From NCBI GenBank assembly GCA_945861635.1, contig CAMAWH010000027.1, positions 1 through 64,000 on the forward strand: DNA of 64,000 bases. The letters are read 5' to 3'. The notes below the pieces were generated by a model. The model was not told the DNA's origin. It did no database searches and saw nothing but the letters and a program-made list of their open reading frames with translations. Of this stretch, positions 19,112 through 28,620 are shown piece by piece (position 1 is the first letter of the stretch; the number at the start of each line of letters is the position of its first letter). This DNA comes from Klebsiella pneumoniae (lineage in GTDB: Bacteria; Myxococcota_A; UBA796; SXON01). The position numbers and the translations under genes were made by a program.

Positions 19112-19159
19112 GCCCCATCCGATCGGAACAAATCACTACGAACCTACCGATCAATAGGA

Positions 19160-21736
19160 GTGTGGGTCAACGGCTGCCCACCCGTCCCGACAAACGAATA
19201 CACGGCCTGCGTGATCCTCGCCCTCTCCCTCGCGTGCGCCCCGCCAGAAACGCGGCGCTCCGAAATTTCATGTTCCGAGGCGGAACTCCTCGACGATGCC
19301 GGACTCTGCGTCCCCGCCGCGTGCGGTACGGCGGCGTTCGTTGAGGGCGCAGACGTCGAGCTTGCCGCGGGCGAGCGCATCGCCGAGGCCGCCGATGCGC
19401 TCGGCAGCGGCACCCTCGCCCTCGCAGCGGGTACGTGGGCGGAAACGTTGGATTTCGGCGAGCGGCACGCGGGAATCGTGCTCGCCGGACGGTGCCGTGA
19501 GTTGGTGGTCATCGACGGGAGCGGCGGCGAGGCGTCCACCGTCAAGATCGACGGCGGCGGCGTCACCCTTCGCGACCTGACGATCACGGGAGGGCAAACG
19601 GCCGGTGTCATCGTCGGGGATGGCGCCGCCACGTTCACGCGTGTCGCGCTGGATCACAATCGCCGCCGCGGCCTCCTCGCCCGGGGTGACGCCACCGTTT
19701 TCGTCGACGATCTCGCCATCACAAACACCGTGGCAGGAGACGACGACAGCGAAGGCGCCGGCCTCGATGTGGACGGCAGCGCGACACTCACCGGGCGGAA
19801 CCTGCTCCTGGACGGCAATTGGCGCCACGGCATCGTCGTAAGCGGCGGGTCCATCGACGTGACGGGCCTGACCGTCGCACGTAGCGTCGCCCCGGAGGTG
19901 AGCGCCAACGCGGGAGGCATCGAAGTGACGCTCGGAGCCCACCTCACCGCCAGCCAGGTTCTGATCGAAGGCAACGCGCTGAGCGGCCTTTCTGTGTTCG
20001 GAATCGGTAGCGTGGTCTCCCTCACACACTGCGTCATCCGTGACGGCACGGCCGGACCCGACCGACAGACCGGCTTCGGCGCGGAGGTGTGGGAGCGCGG
20101 CACGCTCTCCCTCACCGACTGCGCGTTGAGCAACAATCGCGCGGTGGGAATCCTCGTGGACGGCTCGACGCTGTCCCTCACAGACACCGTTATCGCCGAC
20201 ACGGCCTCGCCCGGACGCGGCAATGTCTACGGTGCCGGTATCGGCATTCAGGGCGGAGCTACCGTTACAATGGAGCGCGTCACCGTGTCCGGGAGTCGCT
20301 TCGCGGGCATCGGCATGGACGGCTCCGGCACCACCCTGGTGGCCCAGGATCTGGTCGTGACGGGCGTCCAGCCGGCTCCGGACGGTTTGGGTGGCGGCGG
20401 AGTGTCCATGAACGACCACGCCCTCTTCACGGGGCAGCGCATCACCATCGAAGAGACGCATCAGGCCGGAATCTCGATGGAAAATGGCGCAATCGCCACC
20501 CTGCGGGAAGGCAGTATCCGTCGGGTTCGCAGCGATGATAGCCGCCAGAATGGGCTGGGCGGCGTCGTGACGGGAGGCGCCTCGCTGACCCTCACGGAGT
20601 TTGTCATCGACGACGTGCAGCAGATTGGACTTGGGGCGGCGGGCGCATCGTCCACTCTCACTCTGGAGAGCGTCGTCGTACGCAACGTCGGGCCCGCCAA
20701 CGAGGAGGTTCAGGGCCATGGCGTCGAGTTGCACGAAGGCGCCTCGCTGGTGGCGTCCCGATTGAGCGTGGAGCACACCATCGGCGGAGGCATCGCGATC
20801 GACGGGGGTTCGGCCATCCTGCGGGATGTTCGGGTCTCGGAGAATACCGCGGACGCGCGCGGTGGCGGCGCAGCGGTCGAGGTGAGCCCCGCAAGCTCGC
20901 TCGACGCGGAGAACCTCGTGCTCGCTGACAATGTGGGCGTGGGGATCGTCGTGAATGGAGCGGGCGCCGTCGCATCAATTCGCCACACGACGATTTCTGG
21001 GACCCGCACGAGTCCCGCATACGCGTCCGCGGCCGGCGTGGTGGCAGAAGCCGGCGCGTTGGTGACTCTGGCCGACGCGCACATCAGCGACACCCATGGC
21101 GTGGGAATCGTGGCCACAGACGGCGCGAGCGCAGCGTGCAATCGGTGTCAGCTACAGGGGAATGCGTTTGCCGGCGCGGCGGCCGTCGGCGGCAATCTCG
21201 ACCTCACCGACACGGTTGTTCGCGACACCCTGCCGAACGCGAGTTGGGGCGGCGGCATCGGCGTGTACGCGCGCGCCGAAGATCGTCCGGCGGGCGTGCG
21301 CCTTGATCGCGTCCACATTTCGGACAACCCCTGGGCGGCCGTGTGGTTGGACGGCGAAACCGCCGCTGACATCGTGGACAGCACGCTGATCGGGGGTGCA
21401 GGGGTGGATCTCCGCACCGGACTGACGGCGCACGGCAACGCACTCTATGCGCACCAAACGACCGCGTGGAACGGCATCTCCGGCGTGCGCGTCCAGCGAA
21501 CCACGCTTGGCCCCAGCGCCGACGCCGGCGTGCTGCTCGAAAGCGGCAGCGCCTCCTTTTCCGACATCCTCTGGGTCGGCAACCCCACCGACGTCGTGCA
21601 GCAACGCTGCGCCGACGACCCCGTCCCCACCGATCTGTCCGGGGCCTCCAGCGCGATCTGCCCGGTCGCAGAATGGCTCACGCTCCCCCTGCGATACGAC
21701 TTCTTCCTTGTCGATCCGGACGCAAGTTCGGATTAG
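19160..21736 (+). CDS. Right-handed parallel beta-helix (pectate-lyase / NosD-like PbH1 repeat) lipoprotein.
   Basis: Lipobox LALSLAC. Many GxxxxGxIxVxxGxxxxL..N repeat units (TITGGQTAGVIVGDG, LIEGNALSGLSV, LSNNRAVGILVDGS, etc.). The start codon is uncertain. Confidence 0.6.
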   Translation: MWVNGCPPVPTNEYTACVILALSLACAPPETRRSEISCSEAELLDDAGLCVPAACGTAAFVEGADVELAAGERIAEAADALGSGTLALAAGTWAETLDFGERHAGIVLAGRCRELVVIDGSGGEASTVKIDGGGVTLRDLTITGGQTAGVIVGDGAATFTRVALDHNRRRGLLARGDATVFVDDLAITNTVAGDDDSEGAGLDVDGSATLTGRNLLLDGNWRHGIVVSGGSIDVTGLTVARSVAPEVSANAGGIEVTLGAHLTASQVLIEGNALSGLSVFGIGSVVSLTHCVIRDGTAGPDRQTGFGAEVWERGTLSLTDCALSNNRAVGILVDGSTLSLTDTVIADTASPGRGNVYGAGIGIQGGATVTMERVTVSGSRFAGIGMDGSGTTLVAQDLVVTGVQPAPDGLGGGGVSMNDHALFTGQRITIEETHQAGISMENGAIATLREGSIRRVRSDDSRQNGLGGVVTGGASLTLTEFVIDDVQQIGLGAAGASSTLTLESVVVRNVGPANEEVQGHGVELHEGASLVASRLSVEHTIGGGIAIDGGSAILRDVRVSENTADARGGGAAVEVSPASSLDAENLVLADNVGVGIVVNGAGAVASIRHTTISGTRTSPAYASAAGVVAEAGALVTLADAHISDTHGVGIVATDGASAACNRCQLQGNAFAGAAAVGGNLDLTDTVVRDTLPNASWGGGIGVYARAEDRPAGVRLDRVHISDNPWAAVWLDGETAADIVDSTLIGGAGVDLRTGLTAHGNALYAHQTTAWNGISGVRVQRTTLGPSADAGVLLESGSASFSDILWVGNPTDVVQQRCADDPVPTDLSGASSAICPVAEWLTLPLRYDFFLVDPDASSD

Positions 21737-21744
21737 CGGGGCGC

Positions 21745-24063
21745 ATGGACATTTCCTTGATCATCGATAATCTCGCTCTCGTCGTGGAAGCACTTGCACT
21801 TCTGGTGCTGCTCTACCAGAGCATCGCCATTGCCCGTGGTGACCAATTCATCACGGTGGAACGCCGGTGGTTCGGAAAGTCAATGGCCGACGGCCGCACG
21901 GTCGCTCTCCACAACGAAGTCGGCTTGCAAGCACGCACACTCGGCCCCGGCATCCACTTCTTCGTGCCGTTCATCTACAAGGTAGAAAAGCACCCGTTCT
22001 TCTCCATTGGCGAAACCGACATCGGCATCGTGCAGGCCGTTACGGGGCTGCCGATTCCCCCGGGAGAGTTTTTCGCCCGCACCGTGGATTGCAACATCTT
22101 CCAGGATGGAGAGGCTTTTCTTCAGAACGGGGGAGAGAAGGGGCCGCAGCTCGCCATCCTGCCGCCGGGCGAGTACCAGATCAATCCGCACCTGTTCACC
22201 GTGAAGATCGTCACCGCAGTGATCATCCATGAGGACGAGATCGGGATCATCGAGGCGGTCGCGGGGAAACCTTGTGTTGTCGGCCGAATCTTTGCCGACG
22301 CCGTCGACTGTGATGCGTTTCAGGACGCCGATGCGTTCTTGCGGAATGGCGGCCAGAAGGGGCCGCAGGTCAACGTGCTGCCCCCCGGCAACTACCGTAT
22401 CAATACGGCCTTGTTCAAGGTCGACAAGAAACCCGTCACGGTCATTCCCAACGGGCACATCGGGCTGATTACGGCCATGGACGGTGCCCGGATCATGGAA
22501 GGCAGCCTCCTCAGCCGGAAAATCGAGGGGCACTCCAACTTCGAGAACGGCAGCGCATTCATCGACAATGGCGGACAGAAGGGCCACCAACTCGATGTGC
22601 TGATGCCCGGAACCTACCGCGTGAACACGTCGTTGTTCATGATCAAGGCGGTTGTGCCGTGGACGTACATCACGGCCGATTCCATTGGTATCGTCACCGT
22701 TCTTGAGGGCAAGCCCATCATGGAGGCCAACAAGATCGCGGCGGACGAGATGTCGCTGGCCGTGCACAACAACTTCCAGGACGCGGCCGCGTTCTTGAAG
22801 GCCGGCGGGCAGAAGGGCTTGCAGATTCCCGTGCTTCGATCTGGAAACTACGCCATCAATCCGTGGTTCGCCTCCATCGATCAGGTGCCGATGGTCGAAG
22901 TCCGGATCGGCGAGTGCGGCGTGGTCACGAGCTTCGTAGGGGATGAAGGAGACGATACGACAAACTCCGACGTCAACGCCAAGATTGTCCAGAATGGGAA
23001 GCGCGGCATCTGGGCAGATCCGCTCGGGCCGGGCAAGCACCCTCTGAACACGAAAGTATGCAAGGTCGACAAGGTGCCGACGACGCAAATCCTGCTCAAT
23101 TGGGCCGATACGCAATCCAGCGCCCACGAGTTGGACTCCGAGCTCAAGACCATCACGTTGCGCACCGCCGACGCCTTCAACGTCAGCATGGATGTGAGCG
23201 TCATCATTCACATCGCCATGGCGGACGCGCCCAAGGTGGTCGCGAATCTCGGGTCGGTGGACAACATGATTTCACAGGTGTTGGAGCCGGCGATTTCCTC
23301 GCACTTCCGCAACTCGGCGCAGGCAGTCAAGGCGCTCGATTTGTACACGAAGCGAGCCGAGCTACAGCAGCACGCCAAAGAGCACTTGCAAAGCGTGCTG
23401 CGCATCCACCACATCGAATCGAAGGACACGATGATCGCGGACGTCGTGCTCCCCGAACAGCTCACACGCACCGTCACAGACCGACAGATCGCGGAGCAGG
23501 AGCGCATCACCTACGCCACCCAGAAGCAGGCGCAGGACGAGCGTAAACTGCTTGAGAACGCCACCGCGCAGGCCAACCTGCAGCCGCGCGTCGTGGAATC
23601 CGAACGGGGCGTCGAAATCGCGAAGAACCTCGCCAATGCTGAGATCGAGAAGTCCACCGGCGATTCGCGGGCGATTGAAATCCGCGCGGAGGGCGCATCG
23701 AAGGCCACGAAGGTGACGGCGGGCGCGTCGGCGGAAGCCACCCGCGTCAACGCGCTGGCGGAGGCCGAAGCCATCGAGAAGAAGGGCCTGGCGGAAGCGC
23801 TCGTCATCCTCGAACAGGGCAAGTCCACCGCCGAGTCCTTCAAGTTGCAGGTCAGCGCCATGGGCAACGAAATCTTCGGCCAGATTCAGGTCGTGGACAA
23901 GATTGCGTCGAACCAACTGAAGTTGATTCCGGACGTGTACATCGGAGGCAGTTCGGGCGGAGGCGGAGGGGGGGGTCAGAACGAGCAGAACTCACTGATC
24001 TCGATTGCCCTTTTGGAGTACCTGACGGGGAAGAAGGTGTTTCAGCCGGCTGAAAAGCCGTAG
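21745..24063 (+). CDS. Flotillin / SPFH (band-7) family membrane protein with four tandem ~80-aa repeats inserted after the first SPFH beta-hairpin.
   Basis: N-terminal TM helix. GPGIHFFVPFIYKVEK (SPFH start). Repeats VDCNIFQDGEAFLQNGGEKGPQLAILPPGEYQINPHLF, VDCDAFQDADAFLRNGGQKGPQVNVLPPGNYRINTALF, FENGSAFIDNGGQKGHQLDVLMPGTYRVNTSLF, NNFQDAAAFLKAGGQKGLQIPVLRSGNYAINPWF. Then the SPFH core (ITLRTADAFNVSMDVSVIIHI), an EA-rich coiled coil (ALAEAEAIEKKGLAEA) and a Gly-rich tail. Confidence 0.7.
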   Translation: MDISLIIDNLALVVEALALLVLLYQSIAIARGDQFITVERRWFGKSMADGRTVALHNEVGLQARTLGPGIHFFVPFIYKVEKHPFFSIGETDIGIVQAVTGLPIPPGEFFARTVDCNIFQDGEAFLQNGGEKGPQLAILPPGEYQINPHLFTVKIVTAVIIHEDEIGIIEAVAGKPCVVGRIFADAVDCDAFQDADAFLRNGGQKGPQVNVLPPGNYRINTALFKVDKKPVTVIPNGHIGLITAMDGARIMEGSLLSRKIEGHSNFENGSAFIDNGGQKGHQLDVLMPGTYRVNTSLFMIKAVVPWTYITADSIGIVTVLEGKPIMEANKIAADEMSLAVHNNFQDAAAFLKAGGQKGLQIPVLRSGNYAINPWFASIDQVPMVEVRIGECGVVTSFVGDEGDDTTNSDVNAKIVQNGKRGIWADPLGPGKHPLNTKVCKVDKVPTTQILLNWADTQSSAHELDSELKTITLRTADAFNVSMDVSVIIHIAMADAPKVVANLGSVDNMISQVLEPAISSHFRNSAQAVKALDLYTKRAELQQHAKEHLQSVLRIHHIESKDTMIADVVLPEQLTRTVTDRQIAEQERITYATQKQAQDERKLLENATAQANLQPRVVESERGVEIAKNLANAEIEKSTGDSRAIEIRAEGASKATKVTAGASAEATRVNALAEAEAIEKKGLAEALVILEQGKSTAESFKLQVSAMGNEIFGQIQVVDKIASNQLKLIPDVYIGGSSGGGGGGGQNEQNSLISIALLEYLTGKKVFQPAEKP

Positions 24064-24185
24064 TTCCTGCTCCGGGGCGGCGCGGGTCGTCGGTTTCGCC
24101 GTGGAAACGGACGCAGAGCGGCCCATGAGCCAGCGCCCCTGAAGCGAGCCGGTTAACCGAGGCCCTCCCAAACCGGAGCTTTCCC

Positions 24186-24683
24186 ATGGCCGCCAACCCC
24201 CGCGTATTCTTCGACATCTCCATCGGCGGCACGCCCGCCGGCCGCATCGTCATGGAACTGCGCGCCGACGTCGCGCCCAAGACGGCTGAAAACTTTCGCG
24301 CGCTGTGCACCCACGAACACGGCTTTGGCTACAAAGGCTCCAGCTTCCACCGCGTGATCAAACAGTTCATGCTGCAAGGCGGCGACTTCACGAACCACAA
24401 CGGCACCGGTGGCAAGAGCATCTACGGCGCCAAGTTCGCCGATGAGAACTTCACGCTGAAGCACACCACACCCAACCTCTTGAGCATGGCCAACGCCGGC
24501 CCGGGCACCAATGGCTCGCAATTCTTCATCACGACGGTGCCCTGCGGCTGGCTGGACGGAAAGCACGTCGTGTTTGGCTCCGTTGTCGAGGGCGCGGCGG
24601 TCGTCGGTGCCGTCGAAGCCGTCGGCAGCCAAAGCGGCGCCACCAGCAAGAAAGTCGAGATCACGAACTGCGGGCAGCTGTAG
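24186..24683 (+). CDS. Peptidyl-prolyl cis-trans isomerase, cyclophilin type (cytoplasmic, eukaryote CypA-like).
   Basis: [52 protein letters not shown]. No signal peptide. Confidence 0.85.
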   Translation: MAANPRVFFDISIGGTPAGRIVMELRADVAPKTAENFRALCTHEHGFGYKGSSFHRVIKQFMLQGGDFTNHNGTGGKSIYGAKFADENFTLKHTTPNLLSMANAGPGTNGSQFFITTVPCGWLDGKHVVFGSVVEGAAVVGAVEAVGSQSGATSKKVEITNCGQL

Positions 24684-26073
24684 GTCTCTCCAGCAGCAAC
24701 GCTGAAAACCGGGCGGGAAGGGGGCCCGGGCCCTCTTCGTGCAGCGTCACCCACCGCAGCCCTTCGACGGCTTCCGGCAGGTCCAGAACTCCCGGTGAAC
24801 CGGCGCGCGCGGGCGTTGGCCGTCGGCCATGGAGCCGATCCAATGCCCGCACCGCCGAAAAATGCGGGCGCCACAGCCACCGCGCGTCCAGCCGCAGGTC
24901 CATGAACGCCGCCAGCGGTACAATGCGCGCGGTGAGGCCGCATTTCGTCGCAACGCGGGCGAGCACGCCGAAGTCGATCGACACCTCGGGATGATCGAGC
25001 TGATCGGCCTCCTCGGGGGCTTGGTCCTCCCCGCCGAACTCCGAGAGATAAGCAAAGCCGCCCGGACGCAGCACGCGCGCGATTTCCCTCACAAACGCTT
25101 CCGCGCCAACGTTCCGCCACCCCTCGGGTGTGCGGGCGGCCGGCAAATCGGCGATGACCTCGTTCGCGAGCAGAATGTCCGCCGACGCGTCGGCGAGCGG
25201 AAGTGCCGTGGCGTCGCCGAGGAACCCTTCCGACGCGGGTACGCGGACGCCCTGCGCCGCCAACAACGCCGGAGATCGGTCCACCCGAATGTAGCGCCGA
25301 GGCGCGGCCACCGTCAGAAACGCCTCCGCCACTTGCCCCGAACCGCCGCCGACTTCCACGACAACCGTGTCGCCCGTGATCGCCCTCCGCGCGCTGATCG
25401 CGTGCGCAAGCCGATGTCCCCACACACATCCGTCCAACGCCGGATGCGGTTCGCCAAACGCATGCGCAAGGGTCGTCTCCGCATGGTCAAAACGCGTGTC
25501 GGCATCGGCAATGCCGGCATGGAAGTGCCCGAGCGCCGTGCCACCAGCGGCGTCGAACATGTCGGCGGTGCGCACGTTGGGTTCGCGCGGCGGCCCGATC
25601 AGCAGCGCGCGTTGCGGGTGCGCATCCGGCAGGCGCTCCGGGCGCAATTGCACGGCCTGCACCTCGTAGCAGGCCAAGCGCCCCAGTCGATCCATGGCCT
25701 CCAGGACGGATGTGCGCGCGCGTTCTGCGACCTCCACAATTCCGGCTCGCCCATCGATGGCGTTCCAAAGTGCGAGGTCCGCGAGGTCCAGAGGGAACAA
25801 GCGCCATGCGTGCCCACCGGCCGGGTGCGAACGCGGGTCCGGGGCGAGCATGGACATTCGCTCAGGAAGTAGCAACGGTCGATGTTTCCTGGACGGGATC
25901 AGATCGGCGCGCACCGGCGAGAGCATTTCCGCGCTACCGATGCGAACGTCACGTTGCAGAACCGATGCAGCCACGACGGACTTGCACCCGAGCACCACAA
26001 AGCGCCCGGTCCGGTCGTCGAAAACGACCGTTCGGTCCGCGAACGGCAGCACGCGCACGTGGTCTGGCAGCAC
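24661..26073 (-). CDS. Class-I SAM-dependent methyltransferase with an N-terminal extension resembling a PqqD-like (RRE) domain.
   Basis: Motif [24 protein letters not shown], post-[25 protein letters not shown]-terminus has [35 protein letters not shown] (PqqD-like). The 3' end overlaps ppi (24186..24683) by 23 nt, so the stop and start are uncertain. Confidence 0.5.
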   Translation of the reverse strand: MLPDHVRVLPFADRTVVFDDRTGRFVVLGCKSVVAASVLQRDVRIGSAEMLSPVRADLIPSRKHRPLLLPERMSMLAPDPRSHPAGGHAWRLFPLDLADLALWNAIDGRAGIVEVAERARTSVLEAMDRLGRLACYEVQAVQLRPERLPDAHPQRALLIGPPREPNVRTADMFDAAGGTALGHFHAGIADADTRFDHAETTLAHAFGEPHPALDGCVWGHRLAHAISARRAITGDTVVVEVGGGSGQVAEAFLTVAAPRRYIRVDRSPALLAAQGVRVPASEGFLGDATALPLADASADILLANEVIADLPAARTPEGWRNVGAEAFVREIARVLRPGGFAYLSEFGGEDQAPEEADQLDHPEVSIDFGVLARVATKCGLTARIVPLAAFMDLRLDARWLWRPHFSAVRALDRLHGRRPTPARAGSPGVLDLPEAVEGLRWVTLHEEGPGPLPARFSALLLERPTAARSS

Positions 26074-26127
26074 GCCCGCCGTCTATCGGATTGCGACGTC
26101 GGCCGGCGATCATGGATAAGCCAACGC

Positions 26128-26832
26128 ATGGGCGATTACCTGACCGACGCGCTCCACCTTCTGGGCCCCAGTTCGCGAAACGCGGCGGAGCGATCGCGAC
26201 GAATCTACGGCGTTTACGCAGCGCTTTACCTTGAGGAGCCGCTGTTGCACGCGTGGTGCGGGCTCGCGAGCTTCGTCGGACGGAAGGTCCACCGCGTGCT
26301 GGAAGTCGGGACGGCCGGCCTGTTCGACGGCTTCCTCGCCGAAGGAAATATGGCGATTTACCGAAATCTGGTGCCCGAGCTTTTGTGTTTCCGGGCTGGA
26401 AACGCGCGGCAATCGCGGCTGTCGGTCGCGCTCGAACAACTACGGCGCGCCGATACGACCGCCGCGACAAATCAGGTGGAGGCACGCGCGCTGGCGGACG
26501 ACGCGCTGGGCCGCATCTCGGAGATTGAGCAGTGTGACGTCGTGCAACCGGTGTATGACCGGGTACCCGAGGAGAAACAGCTCGTGCTCGCGAAACAGTT
26601 TGCCTTTCGCCTCGGTGCCGACACGGCCGGGCCTGTGCTCAAGTTCACCGGAAAAAACCCAGCGAACGCGGGCGAGCGGATGGCATTCGTCCGCGGGACC
26701 GTGCTCCCACATTGGCAAGCTTGGACGACGCGCGAGCCCGAGAGGGTGCGCGCCGACGTGACCCGATTGTGGCGGGAGGCCGGTGCACCGCGTCTGCCGG
26801 AATTGCCGAAATTGTCGGAATTGCCAGCGTAG
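26128..26832 (+). CDS. Hypothetical protein.
   Basis: ORF with non-repetitive composition. Start chosen at the first ATG clear of the antisense methyltransferase gene. Confidence 0.35.
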   Translation: MGDYLTDALHLLGPSSRNAAERSRRIYGVYAALYLEEPLLHAWCGLASFVGRKVHRVLEVGTAGLFDGFLAEGNMAIYRNLVPELLCFRAGNARQSRLSVALEQLRRADTTAATNQVEARALADDALGRISEIEQCDVVQPVYDRVPEEKQLVLAKQFAFRLGADTAGPVLKFTGKNPANAGERMAFVRGTVLPHWQAWTTREPERVRADVTRLWREAGAPRLPELPKLSELPA

Positions 26833-26842
26833 CGAGCGGAAG

Positions 26843-27568
26843 TTACTTCGCCTCGACCTTGATGTGCTTGATGACGACGTCCACAACCGGCCGGTCTCGC
26901 GGGCCCTTCTTCGTGTTGGCGATCTTCGTGGTGACGTCCTGATTGTCACAATCACCGAAGACCGTGTGTTTGCCGTTGAGATGCGTCGGCGTTCCGTCTG
27001 TGATGAAGAACTGGGAGCCGTTGGTGTCCGGCCCCGAGTTCGCCATCGCCAGGATGCCGACGTGGTCAAAAACTGTGTTTTCACCGAATTCATCCTCGAA
27101 TCGATACCCCGGGCCGCCTGTGCCCGTGCCCAGCGGATCTCCACCCTGAATCATGAAATCCGGAATCACGCGGTGGAAGATCGTGCCATCGTAGAGCGGG
27201 CGGCGGGTCGGTTCCTGCGTCTTCGAGTCCGTCCAATCCTTTTCCCCCCGGGCAAGCTGGACGAAGTTCGCCACGGTTTCCGGCGCCTCATCCGGGCGCA
27301 GGGTGCAGTGAATGTCACCCATCGACGTTTGGATCGTCGCAACGAGCTTTTGACCGGGCTGGAGGCCCAAGGATGCCGCGCGCTCAATGTTCTGCGCCTT
27401 TTTCGCGTCACCTTCCAGCCGCTCCAACCGGGCCTTCAGCGCCTCGCTGTCTTTCTCGATGCGCTCGTTGGTCCGCGTCAGGTCGGCGACGCGCATCCTG
27501 AGCTTCTCATTCTCATCGAGGGTTGCTTGATCCTTGCAGGCCATGGCGAGGAGGACGGTGAACATCAT
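26843..27568 (-). CDS. Peptidyl-prolyl cis-trans isomerase, cyclophilin type, lipoprotein with an N-terminal coiled-coil.
   Basis: Lipobox LLAMAC. Coiled-coil segment LDENEKLRMRVADLTRTNERIEKDSEALKARLERLE. Cyclophilin core [50 protein letters not shown]. Confidence 0.8.
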   Translation of the reverse strand: MMFTVLLAMACKDQATLDENEKLRMRVADLTRTNERIEKDSEALKARLERLEGDAKKAQNIERAASLGLQPGQKLVATIQTSMGDIHCTLRPDEAPETVANFVQLARGEKDWTDSKTQEPTRRPLYDGTIFHRVIPDFMIQGGDPLGTGTGGPGYRFEDEFGENTVFDHVGILAMANSGPDTNGSQFFITDGTPTHLNGKHTVFGDCDNQDVTTKIANTKKGPRDRPVVDVVIKHIKVEAK

Positions 27569-27851
27569 GGTCGCCCATCTAACGCGCCGCGCTATCGCGC
27601 ATGGACGCCATGCGATAAGCGCGCGGGATGCGCGTTCGTATCTTTCTGAATCGGCCCCTGTTTACCCTGACGACGGACGGTCACGTTCCACGCAACATCG
27701 GGGTGATCCTTGGTAGTTTGACGGAGCAGGGAAGCGGCGGGTACACCGTTGATGCCGATGGCTACCTCGACGAGGCGGGCCGGACGCTGGAAGGGAAACC
27801 GCGGACCCTCATCATTCCCACGACGAAGGTCGACCACGTGTTGGTCGAGGG

Positions 27852-28595
27852 GTGATAGCACTCGCGCTCGCGTGCGCAGTGGATCTCAAAGGCACCGTGT
27901 CGGCGGCACCCGACGCCGGCGGAAAGCCACTTGTCGGCGCATCGTTGCATGCCGACGGTTGCCACGCCGTTACCGATGCGCTCGGCGCCTTTCGAACGCG
28001 GTGCCCCCGCGGGAAGTATTCCTTTATGGTGACGCACCCCGATTACCTCGATCGGGCTGTTGACGTCGATGCTTCGGGAGTGACCGTTCAGCCTGTGGTG
28101 ACGACGCTTGCCGGATACCCGGCGGCACCCGGCTTGTACATCGTGTCCGGAACGGCGTTTGCCGCGCTCGCACGAGCGCCGTTGCTGCACACGGTGGTGA
28201 CCGGTGCCGCGCCCGAAGAGAAGTGGTGCGCAGCACCGGAAGCCGCCACCGTCGAGCCTGGCTCCGCCGGTGGCGCCACGTCAGCCGCGCCTCCGGACGC
28301 CGCCACCGTCGTGCCCGCCGGCGCGATCCGACTCCTTGAGGTTCACGATCGAGAATGGCGTGTGTACCGCCTCGACGCGGAAGGCTGCGCCTACCGCATG
28401 ACCCCGGGTGAAGCGAGCTTCTGGAAGTTCTCGGCCGATCGCGTGGAAGAAGGGCAGCGAACCCCGATCTCGCCGGGGAAAGAGTGGGTGCGCCTCGACC
28501 TGCCGGAGGGCGAGTACGCGATTGTGGAGTGGTACGACGGCTTTTTCGTGCCCGAAGCCGACGGCGCCGCCGGCTGGCGTGTCCGCGCGGGGTAA
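27852..28595 (+). CDS. Hypothetical lipoprotein with a carboxypeptidase-regulatory-like (CarbopepD_reg) beta-sandwich domain.
   Basis: LALACAV lipobox. GTVSAAPDAGGKPLVGASLHADGCHAVTDALGAFRTRCPRGKYSFMVTHPDYLD fits the CarbopepD_reg pattern. GTG start overlaps the stop of the small upstream ORF 27628..27855 (GTGA). Confidence 0.4.
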   Translation: MIALALACAVDLKGTVSAAPDAGGKPLVGASLHADGCHAVTDALGAFRTRCPRGKYSFMVTHPDYLDRAVDVDASGVTVQPVVTTLAGYPAAPGLYIVSGTAFAALARAPLLHTVVTGAAPEEKWCAAPEAATVEPGSAGGATSAAPPDAATVVPAGAIRLLEVHDREWRVYRLDAEGCAYRMTPGEASFWKFSADRVEEGQRTPISPGKEWVRLDLPEGEYAIVEWYDGFFVPEADGAAGWRVRAG

Positions 28596-28620
28596 GCGGG
28601 TAAGTCGTCGCGTTAGAACG

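Noticed and set aside
18735-19154. ORFs 18735..19154 (-), 18880..19344 (+), 38422..38805 (-) and the 5' extension of 38717.. (+), which share the peptides RRPNASVIFGRRL and RRPKITDAFGRR.
   Set aside because: The shared peptides are just the two-strand translations of the 41-bp repeat. The surrounding ORF sequence is low-complexity, and sucA clearly starts at 38774 (MNPETLF...).
18680-19160. tRNA or other structured RNA genes in the larger intergenic regions (18680..19160, 24063..24186, 38561..38773, 42120..42926, 62963..63085).
   Set aside because: No segment showed the T-arm GTTCRANYC signature with an acceptor stem and 3' end compatible with a tRNA. I could not support any RNA gene by eye.
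24684-24740. Palindrome ggggcccgggccc just past the cyclophilin stop as a bidirectional terminator.
   Set aside because: It lies inside the predicted 3' end of the convergent methyltransferase ORF and has no T-tract. It is as likely to be coding GC-rich sequence, so I left it as a note only.
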